A stretch of DNA of 64,000 nucleotides, from assembly GCA_013239625.1 (NCBI GenBank), contig MU054132.1:124001-188000 (forward strand). The letters run 5' to 3'. The notes under the pieces are model-generated. The model did no database searches. It was not told the origin of the DNA and saw only the letters and a program-made list of their open reading frames with translations. Made by a program: the position numbers and the translations under genes. This stretch comes from Lama guanicoe (lineage: Eukaryota). Of the stretch, positions 1-14,737 are shown one piece after another (positions within the stretch are counted from its first letter, which is position 1; every line of letters begins with the position of its first letter).

Positions 1-3000
1 CTACATCATCTCCACACTGCGCATCAGCACTTTTATTCGTCAGCAAATGCTTCAGACTACTATTCCATTACTATTGTCATTAGCGTTGTTTGAAAATGAC
101 GCTGAACATCTTTTTCTGTGTTTATTGGCTACCAGTATTTCTCCTTCTAAGACGGCCTCTTTGTGTCCTTTGCCTAATTTTGGATTAGACCGTTATCTCT
201 TAAGGATTCACATTAACCTTCCGTCTGTGTATACATAGCCGACAGGCCTGCGTGGTTTTTCTATTGGCTTTTTTCCCCCACAACATAGTGTAATAGAACA
301 AATACTGCTCACTGCATGAACTGGGGCAACTCATTTAACCCCTCTGGTTCTTAATGTTCTCAAAATAGCGTCCAGTACATTCATCTACTGTGGGCCTACT
401 CTGCTGGGAACTTTGCCAGAAAACTTGTGCATACGTGATCCCACTTGATGCTTTTCACCATAGTGTTGGGTAACTTCACAAAGACATTGAGACTCAGAGA
501 GGGTGACTAACCTGCCCAAGGCCACACAGCCCATAGGTGAGGACAGATTCCAACACCGACTCCACATTCCAGGCCCTTAAATCCCATGCTACACTGTAAC
601 TCTCCATCCCTAGCCCCATCTCATCCCAAAAATGTGGGTTTGGATCAAATTAAATCTAAGGTCACTGACTTTCTTTAAGCTAACATTTACTAGTGAAAAA
701 AAAAATGCTTGCTATATGCAAAGCATTTAGGTGCCCGGGGCAAATACACCAGGATGCACAGGACATAACCCCCACAGACAATGGTGCCCATAGCCTGGGG
801 TGTGAAGAGACAACTAAACAAAGAGAAAAAGCACAGAACAGGAGGTGCTAAGCATGGAGCAGCTGGAAATAGTCAAGTTCACCACTCAAATCCGAAACAA
901 TAGTGTTACCACTCTGTAGGGTATGAATCCCCATTTTATGCAGCAGGTCACATCTCATCACTACAGTGAGCAGATCACTGACAGGAAATCCTGGAGAGCA
1001 CAGGGTCCTGACTGGGTGGACGGAGGCCCTTGGGTCCAACTGCTGGCATCCCCGCTGTGCAGAGGCAGCCCTGGCTGGATGCTCACTAGTGAGCAGCAGC
1101 AGCACTGCAGACACCAGGCATCAGCTCACCGCCACCTGCACATGTGTTCTCACCCACCCGTGTGATGGGGGGAGTGGAGGAGGAGTCCTGTCACGCTGTC
1201 GCCAGCCTGTCCCCTTCTCCACGCAGCCTGCCTCGGGGCTGGTCAGAGAGCTGCTCTGTGGGCCACCTCTGCCCTTCCTGAGCTGTACCCTTGAAACATA
1301 AGGACATGCTTAGCCAGACGTGCCTGGATGCAGCAGCCTCACTGACAGTGTCTGGAAAGACCCCAAAAAGTCCTTGCCCCAAATAATCTTCCTCACTGCA
1401 CTGCTGGAAAATCTTCCCCCGTTCTCATTTTTCTTCAGAGAATGACAGGGAAGACTCCGGTGAAAATGCTGGTGTAATCCAGGCAGCTCACTCCCAGGCA
1501 TCCCCCGCTCGGCCAAGCAGGAACGGTTTATCCAAAGGTAATGGAATATGGATCAGATTCATAAGGGAGTGGAAAAGGTCAGGCTGAGGGAGACACAAGC
1601 CCAGGGCCTGTTGATTCTGCAACTCTTATCTTTTGCAAAGCACGATTCTAAAGAGGTTCTTAAAGATAAATCTCCAGGGGAACAAATTCATGCATCACAA
1701 AGTGGTCCCGTGGGCTGATCACACCGTGACACTAGAAGCCTCTGGAGAGAAGCTTCCATCAGAGTTTGCCAAGACTATCTCCCAGAGAAACTCCAGTTCC
1801 TGGCTCGGGGCTTGGGGTGTCAGTTGGGGTATGCAGCAGGCAAGGGTCTTGGAAGACCCGGGCCTGTGGGTCAGTGATTCTTACTAATTTTACACTCTTT
1901 CTGACTATGAAACAATGGGATAACTAATACGTCACGTGTAAAGCATTGTGAGCTCTTGGAGGGAATGGAGCTCACTTTATGTTAACAGGAAAGTTTGGTG
2001 CTACCAGACCCTCCCAGTCTTTCCTCATCCAATCACCTTATGCCAGAAAAGCAGCCGAATGAAGGCTAGAAACACCATGCAGCCCATATAAATACCTCCA
2101 GTGTTGAAAAACCCACATTAGTAAGAAGTTGGTATCAGCTAAAGAAGTGAGTTGGCTCTCTGATTTCTGTCTTATTGACCTTGAACTTGCCTATAAAAGG
2201 CCTAACGTTGTTGAGGGGCAGCACTTGCAGCTCAGTGTTGAATGAAGAATCTTCCTCTAACGAGGGGCTCCTCAGAGCCCCATCACAAAGGGCAGAGACG
2301 GCCCTTCCCGGGGCTCTGCCACTTCCTCAGTCTGGGTGCAGGCGTGTGTCCTGCCAGCCCTCTTTTGACCAACGACTCATAAGTTCTTCACTTCCACTCA
2401 GCCCCCAAGCTTAATAAAGCAGCCCCACCGTTATAAATGGGGTGCCTCACAAAGTCTCATTTGTGAATCTGCTGCCTGGATCAGGTCCCCACCTGCCTGG
2501 AGCTCAAGGACTCTCGGTGGCTAGGATTCCTGGTGTGCAGACTGGTCTCATTAGCCAGGTTCTCTGTGGCCCATTTGGAGCAGGGTTATCTTCTGCAGGA
2601 GAGCCCTGCTTTCATGCTCTTTATTTCGCTCTCTCCTTACCCACCCCCACACACATCTAATAGCTCAGCTCTCGGAGCCAACAGTGTGCGCTGTGCTGCA
2701 GGCAAACATCTCAAGATCCAATGGGCCTTGGCAACACCTGGAATTTCCCTTCGCCATTTCGGGACAACCCACGGTCAAAAACTGAATCAGCATAAATCCC
2801 TTATTTCTAAGAAAGGAGAAAGAAGACTCTAGGATGACAGCAATATCAACAGTAACAGAAGCAACGATGTCTCCATCCGTCAGGGTCTCCTCTGGCCCTG
2901 GGAGGTGCGAAGCAGCTGTATTTTCCAAATGCTCTGCCTGGTGGGCATCGCATAGCTTCTCCTCGGGCTGTGGCCCCTGCTTCTCTCCTGTCCTCCAAGG

Positions 3001-3099
3001 CCTGTTTCAGCCCCACGGTCTTGCAGCTGCCCTAATCGGTCAGGCTGAGCTCAAGGAGGGAGTTGTCGAAACCTTCAACTCAGAAAATGTCCCATTTCC

Positions 3100-3235
3100 G
3101 GGGGGAGGGTATAGCTCAGTGGCAGACCACATGCCCAACATGCACAAGGTCCTGGGTTCAATCCCCAGTACTGCTATTAAAAATAAATAAATGAACTTAA
3201 TTACCACCCCCCAAAATAAAAATAAAGTAAAATTT
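3100..3235 (+). mobile_element. tRNA-derived SINE (camelid Vic-1-like)
   Basis: GGGGAGGGTATAGCTCAGTGG A-box, GGTTCAATCC B-box, A-rich tail; 18-bp TSD AGAAAATGTCCC(A/G)TTTCC at 3082-3099 and 3236-3253. Confidence 0.88.
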
Positions 3236-3599
3236 AGAAAATGTCCCGTTTCCCCTGCAGTGGACTGTCTTAGGAACAGACTGACTAGAAAGCACCCAGG
3301 CAGCATCAGTTCAGCAGTGTCCCCACAATTCACTGTAGGAAGCCCAAGACCCAGGTGCCGAGAGGACTCCTTCGCTGCAACAAGCACACCCAGCACCCGG
3401 CTCTCGGTGTATCAACACCTTTCTCCACGATGAGGAACCAGGGCTCCAAAGAGAAATGGCTAATTCCAGGGCTGGGGCAGGAAAGGGACAAGATGAGCCT
3501 GGAACATCTTGCACCAGAAAGTAAGGAGGTGTTCGAAGAAGGATGGGGACCTGTCACAGAAGCCAGCCTGAAGTGGCTTCCCCTGGCCACATCTGCAAC

Positions 3600-5575
3600 A
3601 ACTGGGGCATCAGAATTAACAAAGGTAGTAACGGGTTGTGATCCATTGAATGAAATAATAATCTCTGAGTCCATACTGACAACACACAGACCAATAGACT
3701 GATAGGTAGTTGAGAAGAGCAGGCTCCTCTCTACTGTGGAATGACATCTAATGGATGCAGAAGGAAGGACGGAAATAGAAAATTACATTTGCAGCCATCA
3801 TAATAAAAAATGTTGCAGGCAGGAGTCACAGGCGGATGCCAAAACTGGAGGCTGAAAGTTTGATGAGCAACAAGATATTGACATAGTCTCATATTAGCTC
3901 CCCACAAAATACTTCTTAATTATGAAGGGAGAAATAACTTGACAGTGGCTAAAGCTGGCAGACACCACCTTAATCAATGATGGACATCGACACCACCAAC
4001 ACTGGAACAAATGGTTATCTGTGCCCCCTGCTAGGATGCCCTGAGCGGGAAATGTCACTTCAGGGGTGCTGATGCCAAAAATCCATAATCTGACTCTAAC
4101 GATGACAAGCCGTCAAACAAAACCGAGTTAAGGGGTCTTCTACAAAATACTGGCCTATAATATTAAAAAATGTCAGTGTCATGAAAGACCTAAATAAGTA
4201 AATAAACAAAAAGGTCAAGGAAGTGTTCCAAATGAATGGAGACTAAAGAGACGTGACAAGTGACTGCAACGTATGATCTGGGATTGGTTCCTGACAGGGG
4301 TGTACGGGAGTGAGGGTGGGGAACTGCTATAAATTGCACTGAGAAAATTTGAAAAACGTGTATATTAGGTAATAATTGTTAAATTTCCTAACACCGCTAT
4401 ATGGTGTTTATGTAAGTGAATGTCCTTGTTCTTAGGAAATGCACGCTGAAATACGCAGCATTTAGGAGGAAGAAGGCATGATGCTTGCAACTTACTTTCA
4501 AACAGTTCAGAAAGGACATGATAGATGGATGGACATGTAGACAGATAAACAGAGAGGGTGCCAGGTGTAGAAAGAGAGATGCAAGAAATGCTACAGCAAA
4601 TGTGGCTAAATTAACATTTGGTTACTCTTGGTGAAGGATATGGAATTCTTTGTACTATTCTTAAAACTTTTCTGTTAAATGAGAAGTTATTTTAAAACAA
4701 AAAAATTTTTTAAACAAAGAAAAGCATGAAAAGTGAAAAGGAAGATACTAAAATTTATATATATATATGCAGGATGGGAATATAATATGGTACAGCCACT
4801 CTGGAAGGTAGTCTGGCCGTTTCCTAGAAACCTAAACATGTACTTACCCTGTGACCCAGCAATTGAACTCAGGTTTTCAGTTTCATTCCGGAGAACGAAA
4901 ACTTCTGTTCACAAAAAGCCTGTACATGGATGTTCATAGAAGCTTTATGTGTAGTAGCCCAAAACTGGAAACAACCAAAACAGCTTTCAGTAAGTAAATA
5001 AAGAAACCGGTGCATTCACATCACGGAGTACTACTCAGCCAAACAAAGGAACAAACTACTGATACACAAAATCGTTTAAATGGATCTCAAGGAAATCAGG
5101 CTGAGTGCAAAAAGCCAATCTCAAAAGGTTACCTACTGCATGATTCCATTTATATACATTCTTGAAAGGACAAAACTGCAGAGGTGAAGAAGAAATTAGT
5201 GGTTGCCAGAGGTTGTGGGTGGAAGGAAGGAGGGATGTGGCTATGATCATAAAAGGACAATACAAAGGATCCTTATGATGAAACAGGTTTGTATCTTGAC
5301 TGTGATGTGGACACACAAATCTACGAATGATAGAGCTGAATAGAGCTACACCCCCACCCCCACCCCTACATACACACACAAGTGCACATGACCCTGGTGA
5401 AACTTGAACAAGCTCTGTGGATGGTCCCCACATCAGTCTCCTGCTTTTGCAATTGTGCTATAGTTATGCAAGATGCTAACTCGGGGGGGAACTGGATGTA
5501 GGATGCACAGGACCACCCTGTACATTTCTTTGCAACTCTCTGTGAAAATCTAATTATTCCAAAATAAGAAGTTCA
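3600..5575 (+). mobile_element. Old LINE-1 (L1MC/L1ME-like) 3' fragments
   Basis: Typical L1 3'UTR motifs (atggtacagccactctggaa, ccaaaactggaaacaacc); subfamily and boundaries approximate. Confidence 0.65.
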
Positions 5576-5839
5576 AACCAAGAAAACAGCAAGCCCCAGA
5601 CAGAGCTTGTGTGGGCTGCCCTGCTGACACTGCCGTGACCCCTGCTCCCAAGAGATGTCCCCTGGGGAGTCTGGCCTGAGTGCTGTCCTCCCTTCTCACT
5701 TTGTCTGGCAGCCCCCACAGCTTTGCATGAAGTCTTGACCCCGTTTCCCATGTAACTTACCCCTGGGGCACTGATGACGGAAGCACAGGGCAGAGACCCA
5801 TAGGAGTCTGGGTGTGACAGTTAAGCATGGGGTCAACTC

Positions 5840-6240
5840 TCCGTGCTTAAGAGCACACTGGGTTAAGGGTTTTGAAGTTAGAATGCTTGGGTTCAAACCC
5901 CGATCTGTCACTTAGTATCGATAAGAGCTCAGATAAGATGTTTACCTTTCTGTGCCTCTGTTTTCTCATCCATGAAACAAGGGGTGTGTTAGTCCCCGAT
6001 CATAGGTGTACAATGTATGTGTACATATACAGCTTACAATAGTGTCAGACACCTAGAAAGAGTTCATAAATGTTAGCTGTTACTTCAAATACCATTTACC
6101 ACCATTATATCTCTCTACAGGTCTGATCATCCCTGTTTTACAATGGAGAGGCTGAGACTTAGCAAAACAAATTAACTAGTGTGGGCCAACTAGTGACAGA
6201 GCTGAGATCCAAACCCCGAGCCTCAAAGTGTATGTCCTTT
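5840..6240. mobile_element. MIR SINE fragments (many more MIR/L2 remnants elsewhere, e.g. ~300-590, 31930-32030, 40240-40520, 42990-43100)
   Basis: MIR core motifs (tctgtgcctctgttttctcatc; gaggctgagact). Confidence 0.6.
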
Positions 6241-7856
6241 CCAGTATGCTTGTCTCAGTCAGTGAGTGTGGAAGCCTCACCAGAAAGAGGAGGGGGAAAA
6301 CAATTCAGAAGGCAGAGAAAAGGAGAAAGAATAGATTATATTTTAGGAAGAAAGATGAGAAAGGACATCTCAGCTGACTCAGACTATAAAGGAAATTTAC
6401 GTTCTCACTTGTTCTGAGTCCTAAGGTTGGGAGCCTCTGGGGTTGGTGAATTCAGTGGCTCAGCAATTTCCTCGCTCACACAGGTCTGTCTTTTGACTCT
6501 CTGTTGGCCATTCAAAATTCAGTGGAATCAGGAAAATCATAAATGTTTGTCCTTTAAAGTAAACAAATTATGGAGGCCGTGAAATTCCATGCTAGGGGAT
6601 TAAGTAGGTCTGCAGATCACTTGTAAGCCCAGGAGGAGTAGCGCCCTTCAGAAGCTTAGTTTGATAAGTTTTTTCTTAAAGGATTTGCTAACGGCGTCAA
6701 TAAAGTTGGAGGAACCTCTTGTAACCAAAAAGCCTTTCCCAGCATTTAGCAGGCTGGTGAGAAAAAAAAAAAATCTTTCAAGATAATATTTCACCTATTA
6801 AATATTGTTCCACTGTGGATTTCTTTTCAAGATGAAAGCGGTATTAAAAACTTTCAGGGGAAATATTTCAGTCGGTTTTTTTTAATCCTATCCTTTCTGT
6901 TTGCATATAACATGTATCAGCAGAAAAACACTAAAAGCAAAATGGGTATCTTTACCTTTACGTGTAGTCCGGCAGTATCAGTGTTGCTCTTGCTACCATT
7001 TTGAATAAATGATGCTTTGAGGAGTGGCTTCCAAATCTACGCCTCTCTTACCTCAGTGGAAAAGCCCCCACTGCGTGATCTGGCTCTGCTATTCCGTTAG
7101 GCATTCACATTAAGAGGGGAAAGGCTATTAAAATACCCCTGCAGATTCAATGTCAGCTATTCCATCTTGCTTCACTGCCCTCGGACTTTGCGATGGAGTG
7201 TTTGGGCTTTGACACTGAAACTCTGTAACTAAGTTATAAGCAGGCTTGTTAGTGGCCCAGCAGGGTTTAATGATGACCTGACTGTTCTCAGACAGGCACC
7301 AGCCCAGATGTCAAACCCAAGAACACAATATGCTCCTTGAAATGACTTGAAGGTCCCTCTCAACTGAGAAGCCTTTCTCGGTTTAATGCCCGATGGTCAC
7401 TGGTGTCTGGTTCCTGCTCTCGCTGAGGGAGAACTAAGCAGACTGCGAAATGTCATCACCAAGACCCACGTGTAGATTAGCAGCTCCAAAGAGCAACACG
7501 CCTCTCTAAGTCATCCTGTAAAGTGACCCCAAAGTGTGACTTGTCACACCATCCCGGGCTCGTTTATACTCTGAAGGGCAGCTCTGCCTGATGGACAGCA
7601 GGTTCAAGCTCATGGATAATCCAGAGCATATTCTGAACAATGACTTTGGTTCCAGCCAAGTCACGGGCCCTGCAGGGTCTGCCCAAGCAGAAGCTCACCT
7701 GCCCTGGGGTGGGTAGAGGGCATAGGTCATGGGGACTATTTTCCACCAGGAAGGAGATCACCATGTCCCTGGAATGAGATCTTTGTGATTCTGCTACTAA
7801 TTTGGTGCCTGTAATCTTGAAAGGCTGAGGCATTTCTGAAACTCCTCCACCCTGCA

Positions 7857-7973
7857 TATAAAGGGCTGAGGCCCTAAGGTTTCAGGACCAGGCTGTGGGC
7901 TTTGCAAACCTCAGAGTTGCAATACTCACCCTCCTTTACATCATATCAAGACAGCAGCTGATTCATCACAAAG
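7857..7973 (+). promoter_or_regulatory. Candidate FAM240A TATA box and first exon
   Basis: TATAAAG at 7857-7863, followed ~110 nt later by donor AAG|GTAAAC (7973/7974); the acceptor at 14563 needs an upstream exon. Confidence 0.45.
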
Positions 7974-8424
7974 GTAAACATGCTGAACTTGAGTGGGCCT
8001 GGGATGGAAGCTCATCTTGCTCTTCTCAGGGGAAGTGAATGGATAGACTCTTTGTAACTCTGTCTTTTTCAGCCACTAGGATTCATCTTTTGCTCTAAAT
8101 CCTTACCTTTCATCTGCTTAGGGATGAATTAGAAAACTTAATGGAGCTTTTTCATATCTAATTTATATATTTAAGTGATGCAGGCAAAACAGGCTAGAAC
8201 TCTATGAGAAAGCCAGAAATCAGTGCCAGTGTTCACTTAGCAAGGCTCTGATGAGATGAAATTCTATAAGCAAGAGCAGTGCATATTGAGGGAGAAATGC
8301 TGAACCCCCGGAGGGACCAGCAAACCTCAAGGAATGTTCAAATGGAGACGCTCAACCACAGTGGGCTTCTCTGAAGACCGATGTTTCAGAGGACGTACTA
8401 AAATTCTGGTCTTTGTAATTCTGA

Positions 8425-8590
8425 AGCAGAGCTTCTTAAACTTTCCTATGCACAGGAATCATCTGGGGGATCGAGCTGAAATGCAGATTTTGATTCAGAT
8501 TTCGGTCTTGATAAATTCTGCGTTCATAACAACTCCCTGGTGACGCCCATGCTGCTGGTCCGTGCGGCAATGGAGAAGCAGGTTCAGTGG
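8425..8590. mobile_element. MER5-type hAT DNA transposon fragment (similar copies ~13070-13230 and ~33830-33970)
   Basis: gaatcatctggggga..aaatgcagattttgattcag..gctgctggtcc motifs. Confidence 0.6.
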
Positions 8591-8689
8591 TGTGTCAGGG
8601 ATGGTAAATAACCTTTAGACTTTTCAATGATGGCATTTTATCGAATCAGCAAAAAAGTCAAAATACATTTTACTAAAAACACTTCTATT

Positions 8690-10450
8690 TAAAAATTTTT
8701 GTTTTTACATTAACATATGGTGAAATGACTCTTCAATGTGTGCTCAGTTCTATGAACTTATCACACATTCAGCTCTGTGTAACCACCATCACAATCAGGA
8801 CACATAACTCCATCCCCTCGTCCCCCAGATTTCCTCCTGCTGTGCTTCTGTCATCATACTCTCCCCAACCTTAACCCCAAGCAATCGTTACAGCTTTGTC
8901 TTTTCAAGAACATCATTTGAATGGAATCATAGCGGGTATATGCTGTTGAGATTGGCCTCTTCCACACAGCATGATGCCTTTGAGATTTAGCCAAGTTACT
9001 GAAAGTATTACGAGTTTTTCCTTTTATTGCTGCATAGGATTCCATTCTTTGGATGTCTGATAGTTTTTAATCCATTCACATGTCATCCCCACTTTTTGGC
9101 AGTTACAAATAGGACTGTGTATGGGTGCACAGGTTTTTGGTAGAACGTTAAGTTTGCAATTCTCTAGGCTAAATACCTAGGAGTGGGATTGCTGGCTCAT
9201 ATGGTGGGTATATGTTTACCTTTGTAAGTTATAACGTATGAGAGTTTCAATTGCTCTACACCTATCTTCTCTAGCACTTGATATTGTCAATATATATATA
9301 TTTTAATTTGGGCCATTCTTATAAGGAGGTAGTGGTATCTCTGCATTTTTCATTTAATGTATATTTCCCTAGTGTCTAATGATGTTCAACATCTTTTAAC
9401 GTGTTTATGTGATATCTGTGTATCCTCTTTGAAGTATTTGTTACAGTGCTTTGCCCACCTTTTAATTAGGTTGCTTGCTTTCTTATTGTTGAGTTTTGAG
9501 AGCTCTTCATATATACTGGATACAAATCCTTTGTCATATATGTGATTTGCAAATGTTTTCTCAGTTTGTGTCTTGTCTTTTCATTCCCTTGACAGTGTCT
9601 TCTGCACAGTAAAACTTTTTAATTTTGATAAAGCCTGATTTATTATTTTTTTTCTCTTATGGATTGTGCTTTTGGTGTCATATCTAAGAATTCCTCACCT
9701 AGCTCCAAGCCACAAAAAAATTTCTCCTATGTTTTCTCTTAAAAGTTTTAAAGTTTTACATTTTATGCTAGGTCTATAATCCATTTGAGTTAATTTTTGT
9801 ATAAGGTGCGGGGTTTAGGTTCTCTTTTTTTTGCATATTATTGTAGCTTTACAGTAGGTTTTAAATTAGATAATGTAATTCTTTCAACTTGATTCTTCAT
9901 GTTCAAAAGTGCTTTAGTTACTCTGTCCTTTTGCCTTTCCATATACATTTTAGAATCAGTTTGTCTTTATAAAAAGCCCAGTTTGGGTTTTTATTAGAGT
10001 TGCAGTAAATCTATAGATTAATTTTGGGAGAACTGATTTCTGTGCCATGTTGTCTTCCAATCCGTTGACATGATAGGTCTCGCCACTTATCGAAGTTTTC
10101 TTTTATTTCATTCATCAGCATTTTGCAATTTTTAGCAACAACATTTTGTTCACATTTTGTTAGATTTATACCTAAGTATTTAATTTGAGGGAATTATTGT
10201 AAATGGTATTATGTTTTTAATTGCAATTTCCAATTGTTCACTGGTAGCATATACTAATTTCCACGTATTAAACTCATATCCTGCATCTTTGCTAAACTCA
10301 CTATTATTTTAGGAATTTGTTTGTGATTTGTTTCATGTGCACTTGAAAAGAATCCGTATTCTGTCACTGCTGGAGAGAGATCTATAAGTTACACTCAGGC
10401 TTAGATGGCTGATGGTGTTGCTCTGGTTTCCTATACCCGTGATAATTTCC
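8690..10450 (-). mobile_element. Old LINE-1 (L1M) fragments
   Basis: T-rich antisense L1 ORF2/3'UTR signatures (gatgttcaacatcttt, tacaaatcctttgtcatatatgtgatttgcaaat). Confidence 0.8.
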
Positions 10451-12533
10451 TCACTATGAAGTTCTGTTGTTTGGGATCAGATCCACACATGTGCAGCCCA
10501 GAGGCCAGCCTAGGTGCTCAAGAGCAATTTTTAAGAAGTCTCTTTCATAAGGTCCACCTACCTCTGTGGTATCCCTGGTAATTTCCAGCTCCCTGAACTC
10601 CCCCTCTTCAGACCTTTGGCCAGAAACTTGCGGCTTTAGTTACCTGTTCTGCTGTGCACTTCTGGTGGCCAAAGTCACACTGGGGTAGCGTGCTGAGATG
10701 ACAGAGAGAGAGAAAAGCAGCGAGGGTCCACTCCGCCCAGCAGGGCTTTGCGTCTCTGCCGGTCCTGCTGCCAGTCAGTTCCATTGCTGCTGCCACACTC
10801 CCTCACCTTGGAATTTCCTGGAGATCTGAGAGAAGAGAGAAAAGGAAAACAAGTGATTTCCCTCGTTCTCTGAGCATTAGGCATCTCCTTTCTCCCTAGA
10901 ATCAGAGGACTCCTTGAAGTTCTCTCTGTCCACATTCCCACCTCTGGGTTTCCCACTGCCTTGAGTCCAGACTGGGGACACCAGAATGAAAGTAGAAAAC
11001 TTAGTGCCATTCAATGGTAACTGGAATTCTGGTCTTCTTCTCCAATCCAGCTGCTACTGTTTACCTCTCAGGGTCTGCAAACAGCCACACTGAGCAACCT
11101 GGCCAGGTTTTAGAGAGACAGGGTAGAGTGTGCGTCCTTCATTTTGTCTGGAACTGGAACACTCTGTTCTGTTTCAAACCATGATCTTTATGAAGCTTTT
11201 TGAAATGTTGTAAAAAAACAAAATCACAAAATAGTTGCTCTTTTGAGGTGTTGGATATGCAAGAAGTACGTTGTTGGCATGCACGCTCAGCTGAGACGTA
11301 ATGAGCCACGCTAGCCGAGAGTCATGGGAATAACTGGCATAAGCCAAAATTCTTACTGGAAAAAAACCTCCCACATTCTTCAGTTTGGATTTAGTGCTCT
11401 GAGTAACCAGAGACTTAGGAAATTAAGCGGTTGGCGCAGCAATCAGTGCTCACAACGGACAGATGTGCCTTTGTTTCAGTTGACTTACTAGCCTTAGTCG
11501 GCCCCTTGGTCAGCACAGATGCCTCACAGACGGCACCAAGTTCAGCTGAATTCTGCGGAGGTGTTCCGCGCTGCCGTTCTCTTTAAGCACTCGCTCATTT
11601 CGTGATGGAAAGTTCATAACTGTCCCTGAAGCTATGGCTTTGCTGTGTCAGTGGTGACCCCTGGAAGGAAGCCCTCAGTCTCCCCGTGGGCGCACAGGCC
11701 GGTAGATGGCGTTCCCAGCCAAGTAGGTGCAGGTAGAGGCCTTACTTAACAAGGACGATCCCCGTGTTTCCAAAGGGCTTTCCAACTATCAATATCTTCC
11801 TCATCACATTCCTGCAAGGTAGCGTAGTTGTCCTCATTTCAGAAGCCAGGAAACCAAAGCACAGATGTTCCCAGACACATGTGCTACCTGTGAAGGAAAG
11901 GGCTGGACCCTCACAGTGAGATGTCGAGTCTCCCAGGAGAACAGAGCCAGAGAACTTGGATGAAACTCTAGTCCAAAGACAGATGACATCTGTTTCTCTA
12001 CATTTATTGGGGCATAACTTATGTGTAATAAAATCCCCTATTTTAAGTGTACAGTTTGATAAGTTTCGGCAATTGTATGCAGCTGTGCAGCCATCACAAG
12101 AAACAGATACGGAATATTTCCACATCCCCAAAAGCGCCCCAGGCCCCTTTGTGGTCAGTCCCCTCCCCGCCTCTCAGCTGAATGCCAGAAACTTCACATG
12201 AATTCAAAATTAACAGTATCAGGGTCGTTTTGTAAGAATGCCCTCCGGTAAGCAACCATGCAAATGGGACTTCTCTCCTTTGCCCCCCCTGAGAAGCATG
12301 TCCCGGCCTGCCAGGTCCACAGGGACCAGGGGGCAGGCCAGGTCGTTCCAGGGTGTCCCTCACTAGCCCCACAGACTTTCCCTCAATGCCTGAAGCACTG
12401 CCAAAGGGACCACTGCCACTTTCAGGCCAGCTCTTCAGGATAAAGATAATTTGGAGGCCAGGGTAGGGGTGGGGAGCATTTATTCAATCCAACAAATATT
12501 TATTGAGTAGCAGTACATGCTTTGAGATATTTA

Positions 12534-12650
12534 TTTGTTTACTTATTTATTTTACCTATTTCTTTTTTTTTTTAATAGAGATAGTGAGGATTGAACCTAG
12601 GACCTTATGCGTGTTAAGCACTCACTCTACCACTGAGCTATACCCTCCTC
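12534..12650 (-). mobile_element. tRNA-derived SINE (Vic-1-like)
   Basis: Reverse complement of the same head; TSD CATGCTTT(G/A)AGATATTTA at 12516-12533 and 12651-12668. Confidence 0.88.
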
Positions 12651-14548
12651 CATGCTTTAAGATATTTAAATAAATCATAAAATAGTTTCCATTTCTGGGG
12701 GGCTCACTGCAAAGTAAGTTGGATCTCTGCTATTCTGCTAGGAAAGTATGACCACTGAGCACTTTTAGGAGGTAAGAAAGTCACTCTTCTCCTCCCTAGG
12801 GGACAGTTGGGAGCAGGGGATGGGGCCTGGGCACTGAGTATGACAGCTGCCCTACTTACCAGCTTTACGACCTTGATAAAGTCAAATTGCCACTGCTGAA
12901 CCTCAACTTTCTTACCTGCAAAACAGGAAAGTAGTGCCCACCCTGCAAGATGGCTGTGACTGTGACATCCCTATGCCAGCCCTCCCTACCTCAACCTCCC
13001 TGGGGCCAGCTCTGGACCAGACGTGACCATCGCACAAGAGGACAGGAACAAAGACCACATTTGGGACCTTGGTTGTGTGTTAGAATCAAAGGGGGAGCTT
13101 TAAAAATTCCTGATGCCCAGGCCACATCCCTGGCTGATGAAATCAGACTCCCTGGGGGAGGGAGCCCTGATATCTGTTTCTTGTAAAGCTCCCCAAGTGA
13201 TTCCAAGGTCAGCCAAGGTCAACAGCCATGATCCAGAAGGAAAGAGAAGTGACACGGATTTATGTCACATCTATAGAAGGAAAGTTGGGGGAGGTTGTGA
13301 TGATTCCTTACTGCGAATTACAGTATAACGTCCTGTATAACGAGGTTTTAGACTTACAAAAGTTATGTTCATTCAGAACTTTATAAACTGCAAAACACTT
13401 TCACATTCATGATCAAATGCAACCTTCAGAGAAAATTTAAAGATGAGGAGACTGAGGCCTGGCAAATAGAAGGTGCATCAAGTTAATAGACAAACGGGTC
13501 TGGTGTAAGCGTCTGGCTTCAAACTCCTCTCTGCTTCCTCCCTGTCCCCTCTGCCCCCGTCAGTCCCTCTGGGAGAGCTGTGACCCAGACCTTTATGATT
13601 TCAGACCCAGGTGTCCAGACACCCCTTCAGTTTTTCCCCTTGGATGTTAGCACCCAGGCAACTCAAACTCTGACCAGCACTGCTGAAGGTCGCCCTCCAC
13701 GGCCCTCCTCCTCTAACTGCCCACCCTTGCACGGGCACAGCCAGCAAAGCCTCCACTGACGTCCCCCATCCTCATTCCCCACGTGGAGCTGACACCTGCA
13801 GAATACCTGTGAACCTGTCCACTCTTTGTTAGCCTTGATCTACCACGGTCATAGTTTCTCCCTGGAAATTTGCAACAGCCTGCTGACTCCTTTCCCTGCA
13901 CCCACTCTCACCTCCAGCCTCAGCTTTGACCTGTCTGCTGGACCCACTGAGGTCTGGGAGTTGGGCAGGGGTTTCTTCATGTAAAAAGAATGAGCATTGA
14001 GTGTCTGATGTGAATAACTCCATACACAAGCGTGCACGCACACACACACGCACACACACATCTCAAACCTCACACACCTCGTTTTCTGTGACAAACCCCT
14101 TTAGTAAAAGGCTTGAAAACATTCAGAAGTGCACAGCCTGCCTTCTGCCAGCTATACCTGTGGGACCACGAGCAAGTTCCATCACTCCTCAAATGTCTCA
14201 CCTGGAAAATGAGGGAGGAAATGACAACTCCCGGGGACGTGGTGGTAACTAAAGGGACCGACAGCCTAAAATGCCTGGCACACACTACCTGCTGATAAAT
14301 AGCTGAGAAGCCGCTCTTCTGTGAGGAGGAAGGAAGGACAGAGGTATCTGCCAGGTGCCTGTGACATGTAAGCTCCAGTGGGGAACTTCTGCATTCACAT
14401 CCCTGTATCCTGTCAACAAACCATTGTATCCCCCTCGTGAGGTTCTGTGCCTGGCTGGGGTCGCCCTCAGATAAACGGCAGGGTCTGGATCCAAACTGTC
14501 TGTACCTTCCGGAGTCTGAAGGACCGTGTTCTACGGGGGTTCGGCTGA

Positions 14549-14737
<189 letters not shown>

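Noticed and set aside
3100..3175. Possible tRNA gene
   Set aside because: The A/B boxes belong to a SINE with an A-rich tail and TSD; no intact cloverleaf.
1..7800. TDGF1 or LRRC2 exons expected from synteny
   Set aside because: I found no EGF-CFC or LRR coding sequence; these genes probably lie upstream of the window.
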